From: Octopus sinensis
Lineage: Eukaryota
Direction of reading: 5' to 3'
Length of the DNA: 64,000 bases
NCBI RefSeq assembly: GCF_006345805.1
Contig: NC_043012.1
Span: forward strand, 36,890,001 to 36,954,000
The position numbers and the translations under genes are program-made. Below the pieces are notes generated by a model. It was not told the DNA's origin. It saw only the letters and a list, made by a program, of their open reading frames with translations, and made no database searches. Positions 15,201-27,735 of this stretch are shown here, one piece after another. Numbering within the stretch: the first letter of the stretch is position 1; each line of letters starts with the position of its first letter.

Positions 15201-16244
15201 GTTTTGCTGATATAAACATAACATTCTCCCCTCTCTCTCATCATCCAATCCAATTGGAGAGTCAGGAGGGCATCTATGTCTTCTCACGGTCATTCTCAGG
15301 GAATTACCGAAAGCACGGTACACGCGACCAAACCACGCTCGCTCGTGAGTGACGGCTGTTCATGTCACACTTGAAGCAGTTGATCTACAGCGTCTGTCAC
15401 AATCGCTCGACAGAATCTCTCCAGTTGACCAGTAATATACATCACAACTGATTGAACTGTCGCCTACGTCACAGTTTACCTTTAACGCCGGCCATAAGTT
15501 ATCGCCATTGCCCGCCACCGACATATTGCATCTGTTACGTTTGATAAGCCTTATATGATCGAAGAGGAGCATATAATAGCGAATGAATGATTTATTGAAT
15601 ACAAGAATGACTGAATTTAAGAATAAATCAATTCTTTGCAGAAATAATGGCATTCTCACTGCTGTGTTTATTGTGTTTCCCGCATAAAATTTACAATGAA
15701 ACTGTTCATGCACAAAAGAAGAGAGGTACTACACACACACACATACACATACATGCATACACACACACATACACACATATACACACATACACACATATGT
15801 ATATATGTATATATATATACATATATATGTGTGTGTATGTATATATATGTATATATAGTATGTATGCATGTATATATATAGAGATAGATACATAGATAGC
15901 TAGATAGATAGATAGGTATATATATAATACATGCATGCATACATATATATGCGTGTGTGTATGTATATATATATACATACACACACGCATATATATATAT
16001 ATATATATGCATATATATGCATACATAAATACATGCATATATATATATATATGCATACATTATAACATACATACATACATAATATATATATAAATATATA
16101 TAAATAAATACATATATTGGCACATATATATATATGTACGCACATATATATATATACACTCTTATACACATACATACATATATACATGTATATATGTGAA
16201 TGCGTGTATGTTTATGTACACAGACACAGACACACACACACACG

Positions 16245-16282
<38 letters not shown>

Positions 16283-16910
16283 CAAAGAGGGAGAGAGTGG
16301 GAGAGAAGAGTGAAGGAGAGGGAGAGCGGGGAAGAGCTGGGGAAGATATGAGGGAGAGAGAAAGAGAGTGACGTATTGTGGATTACATAACTCTTTGTGT
16401 TGTGATAGACAACAAAAAACTGAAAAAAAATCAATGCGTTTTTCAACCAAAATTTCGATAGGAATGGGAGACCCTGCCCGCCCCCGTCCTTGGTTTTATA
16501 ACCGACTAACAGCAAATGGTTAGGTAAGCATTAACACAATTAATGTAACGAAGTAGATAATTTTAATTAAACAAGAAACTAATTAAACTGATGAAAGCCA
16601 AACGATTGATTAACGTTGAAATTTACTTCAGACAAACAAGGGTGACAACTCTAAATCAAGAAATGTCGGAGTGAGTTGACAAAATCGATATTTCAGTGGA
16701 ATATTGTTGGAAATAGGCACACGGCAAGGGGCTGACACCCGTCCGCTATATTAACGCATTAGTCATTCTATTGAGAGCATAATACATCTCTGTAGGTCTT
16801 ATCTGTGTGCAGTCACAATCCCAAATACATACATACATACATACACAGACACATTTATGATGGTTGTGGATTGTCTACATATTAGACTAGTCATATAACA
16901 TACAACTCGA

Positions 16911-16947
<37 letters not shown>

Positions 16948-16974
16948 ACCGTATTCATCTGAATCTAATTTTAC

Positions 16975-17023
<49 letters not shown>

Positions 17024-17039
17024 AATATAATAATATATA

Positions 17040-17412
17040 GGCGTACTGTGTGGTAAGTAGCTAGGGTTTTAGTCCCACAGCGTGGCACTTCGGCAAGTTT
17101 TTTCTATTATAGCCTCGAGCCGGCCAAAGGCTTGTGAGTGGATATATATATATTATATGTGTGTGTGTGTGTTGTGTGTGTGTGTGTGCGTGTATAATAT
17201 TTGTGTGTCTGTGTTTGTCACCCCCCCATCGCTTGACAATCGATGTTGGTGTGTTCACGTCCCCGTAACTTAGCTGTTCGGCAAAAGAGACCAATAGAAT
17301 AAATACTAGGCTTACAAAAGATAAGTCTTGGGGTCGATTTGCTCGACTAAAGGCGGTGCTCCAGCATGGCCGCAGTCAAATGTCTGAAACAAGTAAAAGA
17401 ATAAAGAAAAAA
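17040..17412 (+). mobile_element. SINE family B, near full length (tRNA-like head, internal microsatellite, CR1-like 3' tail)
   Basis: Head ctgtgtggtaag...agtccca...gtggcac; body gtccccgtaacttagc; tail ggcggtgctccagcatggccgcagtcaaatgtctgaaacaagtaaaaga. Confidence 0.85.
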
Positions 17413-17591
17413 AGAATATACACACACATATACATACATACTCATACATAGCACAACACACACACGCATAAACACATACGCACACACATATACATACTTA
17501 CATACATACATACATACATCATACATATACATATACATATATATATATATATTATATATATATATATATATATACATACATACATACATAT

Positions 17592-17660
<69 letters not shown>

Positions 17661-17663
<3 letters not shown>

Positions 17664-18226
17664 CAATAAGGGTTTAGCAACGAATTGCCTTACCACAGAC
17701 CGAATTTAGAAATAGCTTCAAAGAATTATAGCTATTTCTTCTACTAAAAAGGGAGATCTCAGTAAAAACAAGCAATTGGAAGGCAGACACAAACAGGTAA
17801 GAGAGAATGAATTGACGGCAATCTATCATACAATTTTAAGTTATCTACGGACGCACGTTTCGAAATCAAGTTTTTAGGAAAGCATAAGAATTAAATATTA
17901 AATAATTCTACCTTACCCAAACTTCTTTTCTCTTCAGCGTAGAATACTATAATCATAATGATTATATATTGAATTTTAGATACTAGAAGGCACCAACTCA
18001 ACTCAGTATCAGAGCGAGCTAGAATCCGCAACTAGTATCACCAAATTCAAAGTGTGAATGAAAAGATTGTGTCACCAGCCCCTTCCCACCCGCGTGTAGC
18101 CAAAACAAGATGCTGTGGTCATCTACTGAGATAAAATATGGTTATCCGTAATAATGAAGGGTGAAATTAATTAATTTGGAATAATTATCAATTACACCAA
18201 GTAGTCTTCGGCATGTAAAAGCCTCA

Positions 18227-18230
<4 letters not shown>
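17661..18230 (-). mobile_element. Short non-coding hammerhead-bearing element between two (TA)n tracts
   Basis: About 570 bp of unique sequence bounded by (TA)n; contains the ribozyme at 17844-17943; motif ttatccgtaataa is shared with the 41027-41438 element. Confidence 0.55.
17844..17943 (-). ncRNA. Type I hammerhead ribozyme, apparently intact
   Basis: Minus strand reads UCUACG-CUGAAGA-[69-nt stem II with GAAA/UUUC, AAGUUU/AAACUU, AGAAUUA/UAAUUCU]-GAAAC-GUGC-GUC-CGUAGA. Stem I is a perfect 6 bp and the core is fully canonical. Confidence 0.88.
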
Positions 18231-18263
<33 letters not shown>

Positions 18264-18785
18264 TTATATATATTGTAAAATCTATAAAAAGAGTACGTTG
18301 AGGTTGCTGTGAGGAGTGAATAAATCCAACGTTTCGGATAGAGTTCTTCTTCAGAGAAAATTTGAAATAAGAGAAATACCTACGTACAAACGTACACAGA
18401 CATATACAAACATGCACATTTATGTATGTGTGAGTATGTATATTATATATAGGGGAAGAATTCACAAAAATAAATTGACGAAGACAGGTGGTGTAGACAA
18501 CAAACAGATGTATTAGTATAACGCTTGGGAAGGGAAAAAGTCTTTAACGTTTTGAGCCTATGCTCTTCCACAGAAAGAAACACAGAAAGAAACGAGGAGA
18601 GAAAATATAGAATGTGTAGTGGTTAGCGATCCATCATGGCGATACGTATATACGTTTATATGTATGTGTGTGTGTGCGTGTATAAGTGTGTGTGTTTTTG
18701 TGTGTATGTGTGTGTTTATGTGAGTATCTGTGCATATATGGAATTGATTTTTTACTTATGACAGTAAATTTTACCTCGAGAAAGG

Positions 18786-18853
18786 AACCCTGAGGAAAGA
18801 GGGCTGAATTTCGAATACTTCGTATAACCACTTTTCTGAAACGGCTGCAGGTT
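18786..18853 (+). ncRNA. Degenerate type I hammerhead motif
   Basis: aacc-CTGAGGA-[41 nt]-GAAAC-ggct-GCA-ggtt. Stem I aacc/ggtt is intact, but the cleavage triplet is GCA rather than GUH. Confidence 0.55.
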
Positions 18854-18933
18854 AGGAAAAAATTTTAATCGCCTCTTTCAATTTGGGTTTTTATTTTTCA
18901 TGTTTATATTCGTATTTCATTGTTATGTTTATA

Positions 18934-19288
18934 TTGGGTTGTCCGGAAAGTTCGTTCCGATTTTTAAAGGAAAGTAAAGGTCACTAAATACTTGCCTTTA
19001 CATTTTTAATGAACCAAATCTGAACCATTTCGTTGCACAATATGTCTCCATCTTTCCTTTACCTTGAAAATACCCTCTTCCCAGAATTGGGGGTGGTTTC
19101 AAGGCAAAGAATTCATCATGGTATCTTTTTACGTCATCTAAGGAATTGAAATTTTTACCATTAAGACTTTTCTGCAGAGACCTGAATAAGTGGAAATCCG
19201 AAGGAGCAATATCTGGGGAATAGGGAGGGTGGGGGTAACACATCCCAGCCGAGCTGCAGCAATTTTTGTCTGGTTCCCAAAGCATCAA
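18934..19288 (-). mobile_element. Mariner (DD34D) 3' fragment with one TIR
   Basis: TIR ttgggttgtccggaaagttcg; minus-strand HPPYSPDIAPSDFHLFRSLQ; same family as 60105-60670. Confidence 0.9.
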
Positions 19289-19445
19289 GTTCAAATTCTG
19301 CCGAGGTCGACTTTGCCTTTCATCCTTTCGGGGTCGATAAATTAAGTACCAGTTACGCACTGGGGTCGATGTAATCGACTTAATCCGTTTGTCTGTCCTT
19401 GTTTGTCCCCTCTATGTTTAGCCCCTTGTGGGTAGTAAAGAAATA
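19286..19445 (+). mobile_element. SINE family A, 5'-truncated
   Basis: agttcaaattctgccgaggtcgactttgcctttcatcctttcggggtcgataaattaagtaccag...gtagtaaagaaata. Confidence 0.9.
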
Positions 19446-19706
19446 TATATTAATTTAGCATTAGAATTCTTCAAGTTGTATAAAAATTGTTTGCATCATT
19501 CGAAAGAGAAATAAATTTTGCATAAGGTGTAAAAGATATAAATAATTTGTATGGTGTTAGTAACAAAATATTTTGTAAGAAATAGAACTTTTATCGTCGG
19601 TCTTAACTATATTTTCGCAGGTGTATATATCTCAGGTCATCCCATAAGTTCTGTCCGAATTTTGGATAAAGAATCCAAGTGATCAAATGTTATATTTAAT
19701 TGAAAG

Positions 19707-20706
19707 TTAATCATCAATGTACTTTCCCTGATTATATATGACTTACTTCCATCTACTTACAAGCTTTTTAATCCCATCAATGTAAAACTCTTTTGGTTTC
19801 AAAGCGAAGAACTCTGAAATGCCAGGTTCGACCTCCTCCCGGCTTGCGAAAGTTGTGTATCCCTAATAATTCTGTAAACGATGAAACAAATGGTATCCTG
19901 AAGGAGTAAGGTCGGGAGAATAAGTTGGATGAAGAAATTTTTCCAAACCGACCTCTTCGATCTTCTGTGATGTGATCTTTGCAGTGTGGGGTTGCGCATT
20001 GTCCTGATGAAACATCACTCGTTTTCGACTCACTAAAGCGGCTCTTTTTTCCTTCAAAGCTTGGTTCAAACGGTCTAATTGCTGACAGTAGACTTGTGCA
20101 TTGATTGTTGCATTAGGTGGTAACAATATAAAGTGAATTACGCCTTTGCAATCGCACCAGATAGAGAGAAGAACCTTTTTCCCATGAAGTTCCCTTCTCG
20201 GTTGTGGTTGAGCATTTTCCCTTTTACCAAGCCACTGTTTACGACGTTTAACATTTCGATAGAAAATCCATTTTTCGTCACAAGTCTATTGAAAAAGGGT
20301 GAAATGAGTTTGCGAGAATGGAGAGAAGTGCAGATGTCAACTCGGGATTTGCGGTTGCTTTCGGACAATACATGAGGCACCTATTTTCCAAGTTTAGGAA
20401 AGTTTCCACGTTGTTGAAGATGACGATGAACGGTTGTATGGTTTGAAGTAAGCTTTATTGCCAATTCTTCAACTGATAACGCAGGATTTTCCTCAAGTAA
20501 TGCCTCAAGGAGCTTATCATCAGACTCAACTGGACATCCTATTCGATCTTCATCTTCAATTTTGCAAACGATCTCCTGCAAGTTCTTTCATTCAAGCACT
20601 TTCCCATAAACTGAGTGTATGTTTCGAGTCACTTCGGCTGCAGAGTTACCTTTATTATATTCATAAAGAATTATATGTGCCTTAAATGCTCCTTGGATAC
20701 TTCCAT
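19707..20706 (-). pseudogene. Mariner transposase pseudogene
   Basis: ATG at 20706; HTH-region fragments; WVPH-like motif; HQDNAQPHTAK and HPTYSPDLTPSGYHLF; ends GKYIDD*; multiple frameshifts. Confidence 0.9.
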
Positions 20707-20735
20707 GTTGAAAGGGTTTTAATCAAAGCAATTTT

Positions 20736-22043
20736 AGGGTATCCACGAAGTCTGGGCACATGGAATAAAATCATAACATAAACAAATAAATATAAGAAAT
20801 AATAATTTTCATTTTTTACTTTTGTTTAAATTAAATAAAAAAAATACTTTACTTTTCTAAATTTATTTGTTATTTTTTCTACAGATGATCGAATGATGGA
20901 TCTGTCTAAAGAAGAAAGAATCCCAGATCGAATGATGAATCTGTCTAAAGAAAGAATCGAGATAATATTATTACGTGGACGAAAGGGATGGTCTTATCGC
21001 AAAATTAAGGAACAATTTAATCTTCGACACCCTTTTAGGCAACCTATTTATTTTACTGCCGTCAGGAAATTGATTAAGAAATTTAAATAAACAGTCAGTG
21101 TTTTGGATAAGGCTTCAGATGAAACGAAAGAGGCTGTCATGGCTAAAGTTTCTGCTAGCCCAAAGAAATCACTTCGTCGGACATCCACGGTGTTAGGTGT
21201 TCCAAAACCAACCATCCACAAAATGCTGGTTGAGGAAAAGTTTCATCGATACAACCTACAGATATTGCATCACTTAAATGAAGACGACCCTGATAGACGA
21301 ATGTAGACGTGAGAATGGTTTTCAGATAAATTGGATGAAAATATCAATTTTACGAAAAACTTTGTTGTTCAGTGACAAAGCTACGTTTTATGTAAATGGT
21401 GAGGTCAACAGACAGAATCTTTTATACTGGTCTCGAGGTAATCCACATTGGATGGATCTATCCAAACAGCAAGGCAGCAAAAAGGTGATGGTGTGGTGTG
21501 GTTTTTGGAAAGCTCATGTTCTAGAACCCTTCTTCATTGAACATGTAACGGATGAGACTTATGTAAACATATTGAGAGACAAATTAATATCTCAAATTGA
21601 GCGCCTAGGCGAGGACCTTCCGAATTGGATTCAGCAGGATGGGGCCCCTACCCATTTTGCCACAACTGTTAGAGATTGGTTTAATGACACTTTTCCTCAC
21701 TGGATTGGACGAAGGGCTCATGTGGAAAGGTCCCGTCGTTCACCAGACCTTTCTCCCTTTGATTTCTTTTTCTGGGGTATGTTGAAAGAGAAAGATTGCA
21801 ATAAAGATTACAGATTTAAAACACATGAGAGAACGCATTACCAGTCAGTGTGCTGAAATTGATGGCAATGTAGACTTGTTTAATCAAGTTCACCTGAATT
21901 TTGCAAGGCGCATCAAGTTATGCATTGAAAAATGATGGAAATCACTTTGAAAATATTATTTATTAACATTATAATTAAATGAAATTAGTTTGGTTTAAAA
22001 GTATGTGTTAATCCCCATGTACGCAGACTTTGTGGACATCCTC
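20736..22043 (+). mobile_element. Tc1/mariner superfamily element of the rosa (DD41D-like) type, nested in the mariner
   Basis: TIRs agggtatccacgaagtctgggcacatgg / ccatgtacgcagactttgtggacatcct; transposase LLFSDKATF...QQDGAPTH...WIGR...SPDLSPFDFFFWG, with 40 residues between the last two catalytic Asp; stops and frameshifts. Confidence 0.88.
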
Positions 22044-22476
22044 TATTATTTTGTAAAATAATATTGAATTAATTTAAACGTACACAAATGCATAAAAATT
22101 ATTTTTAATTGAATTAGACATTTGAAGATACTATCAATTTTCATTTAAATCTAAAAAAAAAAGGTAAAAGTGGACAGAACTGATTGAATGACTTGATATA
22201 TATATATATATATATATAATCTATGATATTCTAGTAGGTTTCAAGTTTATAACACCTTGATATCTCATTGTTATCTCATTTTATATGCCTAAGACGTTTA
22301 TTTTCTATTCTGGTTTTTATATATTTCTATACATTATATTTGTATCTATAATTTATTTTAAGCCGAAACATAATACGATCCTTGTACAAACGAAAGAACA
22401 AGAATGTCTTCTAGAACTTTTATCTTCCACCGGTGTTTGTAATCGATGGTGACATGTGCGATGATTTTGCGACTAT

Positions 22477-22880
22477 CTTATATTTTACAGAGAAATTGGA
22501 AGCCCCGAATGTAAGCCACCACTTTATGCATAATACGATATTTATAGTTCTCTATTTCTAACTCAAATTCTGTCCTCAATAATTATATATCTCTGTTTAT
22601 AAATGTAATTCTTTTTCTTCTCGTTCAGTTTATAACTATAACACGCATTCTTGTTTGTCGCTTGACAAAGCTTTTTTTCTTATATTTTACAGAGAAATTG
22701 GAAGCCCCGAATGTAAGCCACCACTTTATGCATAATACGATATTTATAGTTCTCTATTTCTAACTCAAATTCTGTCCTCAATAATTATATATCTCTGTTT
22801 ATAAATGTAATTCTTTTTCTTCTCGTTCAGTTTATAACTATAACACGCATTCTTGTTTGTCGCTTGACAAAGCTTTTTTT
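22477..22880. repeat. Apparently perfect 202-bp tandem duplication
   Basis: 22477-22678 is repeated at 22679-22880. Confidence 0.92.
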
Positions 22881-22884
22881 CTCC

Positions 22885-23095
22885 AGCGTTCACCACTTCA
22901 CCTCGTTAGGGTTAAACAGCCCTTACCGAATATTTCACTGTCCTGTTTTTGTTAGCAGCTTTGACGTTCCACGTATCTCAAATCTTATTTAATTTGCTTT
23001 GGGGGAGCAATTGCTTTGACGAAGACTCATCTTGTTGCACTGCTCGCAATGCGAAGTAGGTAAATCTGCCAACAATCGAGGAAGGGTTGTTTTTT
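22885..23095 (+). repeat. Dispersed repeat related to the elements at 61650-61950 and 62060-62410
   Basis: gggagcaa...gaagactcat.ttgt...gta...gcc.acaa.cga.gaaggg aligns with the reverse complement of 61741-61830. Confidence 0.6.
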
Positions 23096-23309
23096 TATGC
23101 TGCCTTCACGCTATAGTTTCCAATATATAATGGAAATTCTCCCAACCCGACCCGACCCGACCCGACCCAACCCAACCCAACCCAACCGCCAGTGTACAGT
23201 CGCCTCAATGTCGCCCAGAGCAAGCTCTGGTCGCCATAGCGTCGACTGTGGGCCTGTGGCTGTGGACAGTCGCCTCAATGTCGCCCAGAGCGAGCCCATC
23301 ACACTACAT

Positions 23310-23420
23310 GGACCCTAAGTAAGGCATCTGTAAAATTTGAATGAAATTGGTTGTGTAGTTCTCAAGTTTTAGGGAAACAGACAGACACACACACATTCTC
23401 AGTTTTATGTACATAGATAA
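23310..23420 (+). mobile_element. Helentron/Lep1-like non-autonomous fragment
   Basis: ggaccctaagtaaggcat.tgtaaaatttgaatgaaattggttgtgtagttctca...(acag)n...cattctcagttttat; near-identical to 25109-25216. Confidence 0.55.
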
Positions 23421-24086
23421 TTTACATTAATATGAAAGTATATTAATTATAGTTTACTTTAATTAAAGATTAATTAATAAAGTGTAATGAGATGCCTTCT
23501 TTTAAGCAAAGTTGATATTTTATTCTTAATAAGAAGTTGCGTTTTAAGAAGTGTTCAAAGTGATTTCGAAAATTGAATAGATATGTGAGAGCTTTAGGAA
23601 CTTGTATAAAGAAAAGAGAAAATTCTGAAATCCAGCCTCAATGAGTGTTAGCAATTTAATAGCATTGAAAATATTGCAATCTCAGGAATGGAAATAAACA
23701 GATGGATGTAAATTTCGAGCCCAAATAATTTACCTGACTCATTTTAGAGTAAATACTTGCATGGTGAGGGGGCTGCTGTGCTCTCTCTCATTGCTAGAGT
23801 TGAAGTCTCATGAGTTTCAAGAGTTATCATAACCAGAGCTACTCGGGGCGAACCACCAATGTAGATAATGAAATTCCCGTATAACTGCACTAGCTTTGTT
23901 GAGTTGGCAATTGGGTAAAAGAATCCAATAGAATAAGCTTTATTGAGTTAGATTTTGTGAACTCTGGGCCAGATGTTTCTACCATGTTAGAAGTTTTTAA
24001 TTTCAAGTTGGTTCAGATTTGGCTTTATCTAGATGGAGTAATTAAAAGTAATATCTAATATTCAAGAGTAATATTTCAATTTACTC

Positions 24087-24230
24087 ATGCGTGGCTATGT
24101 GGTAAGAAGGTTGCTTCCCAGCAGCATGGTGCAGCATGGTGCACGGCTCAACCTTGAGAGTGGATTTGGTGGACGAAAGCTGATAGAAGTTGTCAAGTGT
24201 GTGTGTGCGTGTATCTGTAAGATTCCCGTC

Positions 24231-24232
<2 letters not shown>
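24087..24232 (+). mobile_element. SINE family B, 5' fragment
   Basis: gcgtggctatgtggtaagaag.ttgcttccca...gagtggatttggt.gacg. Confidence 0.7.
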
Positions 24233-24274
<42 letters not shown>

Positions 24275-24761
24275 TCTCAGGAATGAATCATTGCAAGCAA
24301 GTACAGGTGGTGTCCAGGTTATATCTTGATATCGCTTGTGATAACAATACTCAAAATATATAACAGACTGGAATTGTAGGCCCCTCTCTTGCAATTTCGA
24401 TCAATTGGATCTTGTCCTCCCTCTTGTATAGAAGTGTACGACTGCAGCGAAATTCATTTTTAGACTTTCTTTTATCGAAGGCATTTTAACAAAAATGCTT
24501 TCGTAAAGACGGTGAAAATATTGTCAATTTCCCCAGACAGGGACACAATTCTATTTTTAAACAATAACCAAAGGGGGAGGGTTACGGATTACAATTATTT
24601 AACAAATGCAACACAACAACGTTTCCCTGACGAGGAACCAACAAACGTGATTACAATAGTCAAACAGTAATAATAACAACAAACCTTTTTAATTTATCCC
24701 CATTTATGTGAAACCACTTATTCAAGTTCAAGTCATTGATGCAATTTTATACGAATTGCTA

Positions 24762-24800
<39 letters not shown>

Positions 24801-24930
24801 ACATAATAAGGGTGAAAAATTGAATATTAATTTGATTAATATGAATTGAAAACCAGTGGTGTAGCATATAAGACCATAGCGGATCTTCTTGTAGCAAAAT
24901 GGATGACCATTGTTAATGGTTCATCCCTTT

Positions 24931-25216
24931 TATATAATACTTTCACTTTAATAGTTTCAGTATTAAAGTGAAAGTATCTGCATTACAAAAGAGAGATGTT
25001 TTTGTTTCACTTTTAACACGTAATACTGAAATAGTTGAGAAGATATGAAATTGCTGTGGGGTCGCCCTAGGGAAAAAGTTTAGATTTTTTGGGCCGATGA
25101 CACTCCCAGGACCCTAAGTAAGGCATGTGTAAAATTTGAATGAAATTGGTTGTGTAGTTCTCAGGTTTTAGGGAAACACACAGACAGACAGACAGACACA
25201 CATTCTCAGTTTTATT
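24931..25216 (+). mobile_element. Helentron/Lep1-like element with terminal hairpin
   Basis: 17-bp perfect stem atactttcactttaata/tattaaagtgaaagtat at 24937-24977; 3' part matches 23310-23420; (acag)n near the end. Confidence 0.5.
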
Positions 25217-25547
25217 AGGCGCGTGGCTCAGTGGTTAGAGCGTCGAGCTTACGATCGTGAGGTTGTGAGCTCAAATCCCGGACCGGGCTGCGTGTTGTGT
25301 TCTTGAGCAAGACACTTATTTCACGTTGCTCCAGTTCACTCGGCTGTAGAAATGAGTTGCGACGTCACAGGTGCCAAGCTGTATCGGCCCCTTTGCCTTT
25401 CCCTTGGACAACATCGGTGACGTGGAGAGGGGAGGCCGGTATGCATGGGCGACTGCTGGTCTTCCATGAAACAACCTTGCCCAGACTTGTGCCTCAGAGA
25501 GTAACTCTCTAGGTGCAAACCCATGGTCAGTGTCTGACCGAAGGGGG

Positions 25548-25550
<3 letters not shown>
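25217..25550 (+). mobile_element. SINE family C (tRNA-derived head plus CORE-like domain)
   Basis: A box tggctcagtgg; B-box-like gagctcaaatccc; CORE-like gtgttcttgagcaagacactt; ends in (TA)n. Confidence 0.88.
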
Positions 25551-25620
<70 letters not shown>

Positions 25621-26088
25621 TTATATGCATACGTATACTTATAAATATAAATATACAGCTATATTTATATACATACATATACTTATATATATAAAGCATA
25701 TATATATATATATGCATATGCATGTGTGTGGGTGTGTGTACATATATATATATATATATATGCGTATGCATGTGTATGGGTGTGTGTACATATATATATA
25801 TATATACATACATAAACATATATACATGTATATATATATCTTTTTTTGTGTAAATACGCATATTCATATGTTCATATATAGTTATATACATGCATACGTG
25901 TATGCATCCATGCATATATACATATACATACATACCTATTTTTACATATATATGTATGTGTATACATGTGCACACATAAATACAGACACACAAGTATGTT
26001 TATACAAGGGTGAGAAAGCGAGAGTGGAGGATGAAGATGAGAGAGGGAAAGAGAGAGAGAGTTAGTGTGCGAAAGAGAAAGAGAAAGA

Positions 26089-26128
<40 letters not shown>

Positions 26129-26277
26129 GAGACGGAAGAGAGTGAGAGAGACATCAAAATGAACAACCGATGATTAAATCGCTGAGTTTTAATTATAATA
26201 AGGAGAGCAAAAATAATTGAACGAGTGTTTTCTGAATAGAGAAGGGGAGATAGGTAGAAATAGGGATAGATAGATAG

Positions 26278-26320
<43 letters not shown>

Positions 26321-26619
26321 AGAGAGAGAAAAGGAGAAAGAGAGAGAGAGAAAAGGAGATAGAGAGACAGAGAGCGTGGCGGGAAGATTATTGTTGTGTA
26401 GAAAATGTATTAATAGCGCAGTAAATAGCAACGAAAGTATTGTTTGCTTTCAAGTAAACATAATTAGGTCGACATATTTACTAAACAGGACCAGATGTAA
26501 AGATATCTTCATTTTCTCTTCTCTTGTCGGCTCTCGGCTCTCAAACAGGCTTTTCGCTTAAACCATAACGAAAAAGGAAAGAAATAAGATAAAAGAAAAT
26601 CATCCAGGATGTTCATTTG

Positions 26620-27108
26620 TAATAATAATAATAATAATAATAATAATAGTAATAGTAATAGTAATAGTAATAATAATAATAATAATAGTAATAGTAATAA
26701 TGATAATAATAATAATAATAATAATAATAGTAATAGTAATAATGATAATAATAATAATAATAATAATAGTAATAGTAATAGTAATAGTAATAATAATAAT
26801 AATAATAGTAATAGTAATAATGATAATAATTATAATAATAATAATAATAATCCTTTCTACTATAGGCATAAGACCTGAAATTTTAGGGGAGGGTACTAGT
26901 CGATTACATTAACGCCCCACCCAGTATTTCACTGGTACTTAATTTATCGACCCCGAAAGGATGAAAGAGAAAGTCGACCACGGCGGAATTTCAACCCAGA
27001 GCATAAAGACAGACGAAATGCCGCTAAGCATTATGCCTGGTGTGCTAACGACTCTGCCAGCTCACCGCTATATTAATAATAATAATGATAATGATAATAA
27101 TAATAGTA

Positions 27109-27149
<41 letters not shown>

Positions 27150-27195
27150 AATGATAATGATAATAATAATAATGATAATAATAATAATGATGATA

Positions 27196-27227
<32 letters not shown>

Positions 27228-27295
27228 GATAATAATAATAATAATAATAATAAATAATAATAATAATAATAATAATGATAATAATGATAATGATA

Positions 27296-27332
<37 letters not shown>

Positions 27333-27363
27333 TAATGATAATAATGATAATGATAATGATAAT

Positions 27364-27450
<87 letters not shown>
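26620..27450. repeat. (TAA)/(TAG)/(TGA) compound microsatellite array with an embedded minus-strand SINE A (26860-27068)
   Basis: Trinucleotide tracts, including a 120-bp higher-order duplication (26641 vs 26761). Confidence 0.9.
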
Positions 27451-27452
<2 letters not shown>

Positions 27453-27514
27453 AGTAAAAACGATAACAATCAACAATGAAAAGAAATTTTCCTGAAACAA
27501 CAACAACAATAATA

Positions 27515-27712
27515 ACTTCAAAATTTTGGCACAAGGCCAGCAATTTTGGAGGAGGAGTACGTCGATTACATCAACGCCAGTGCTCAGCTGGTCCTTATTT
27601 TACCGACCCCAAAATAATGAAAGGCAAAAAATTGCTCACGGCAGAATGTTGAACTCAAAACGTAAAGACGGACGAAATGCCGCCAAGCATTTTATCCGGT
27701 GAGCTAACGAGT
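27515..27712 (-). mobile_element. SINE family A
   Basis: ttttggcacaaggccagc...gtcgattacatc...tgaactca...gacgaaatgccgc.aagcattt. Confidence 0.8.
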
Positions 27713-27735
27713 TATTGTTGTTGGCACCTATGACA

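Larger units (their letters stand above)
19632..22196 (-). mobile_element. Mariner (DD34D) transposon, full length but decayed, with a nested insertion
   Basis: TIR tcaggtcatcccataagttctgtccg at 19632 and a degenerate inverted copy ggacagaactgattgaatgacttga ending at 22196. Confidence 0.85.

Noticed and set aside
25217-25290. tRNA gene
   Set aside because: A and B boxes are present, but there is no complete cloverleaf and the sequence continues into a SINE body seen in other copies.
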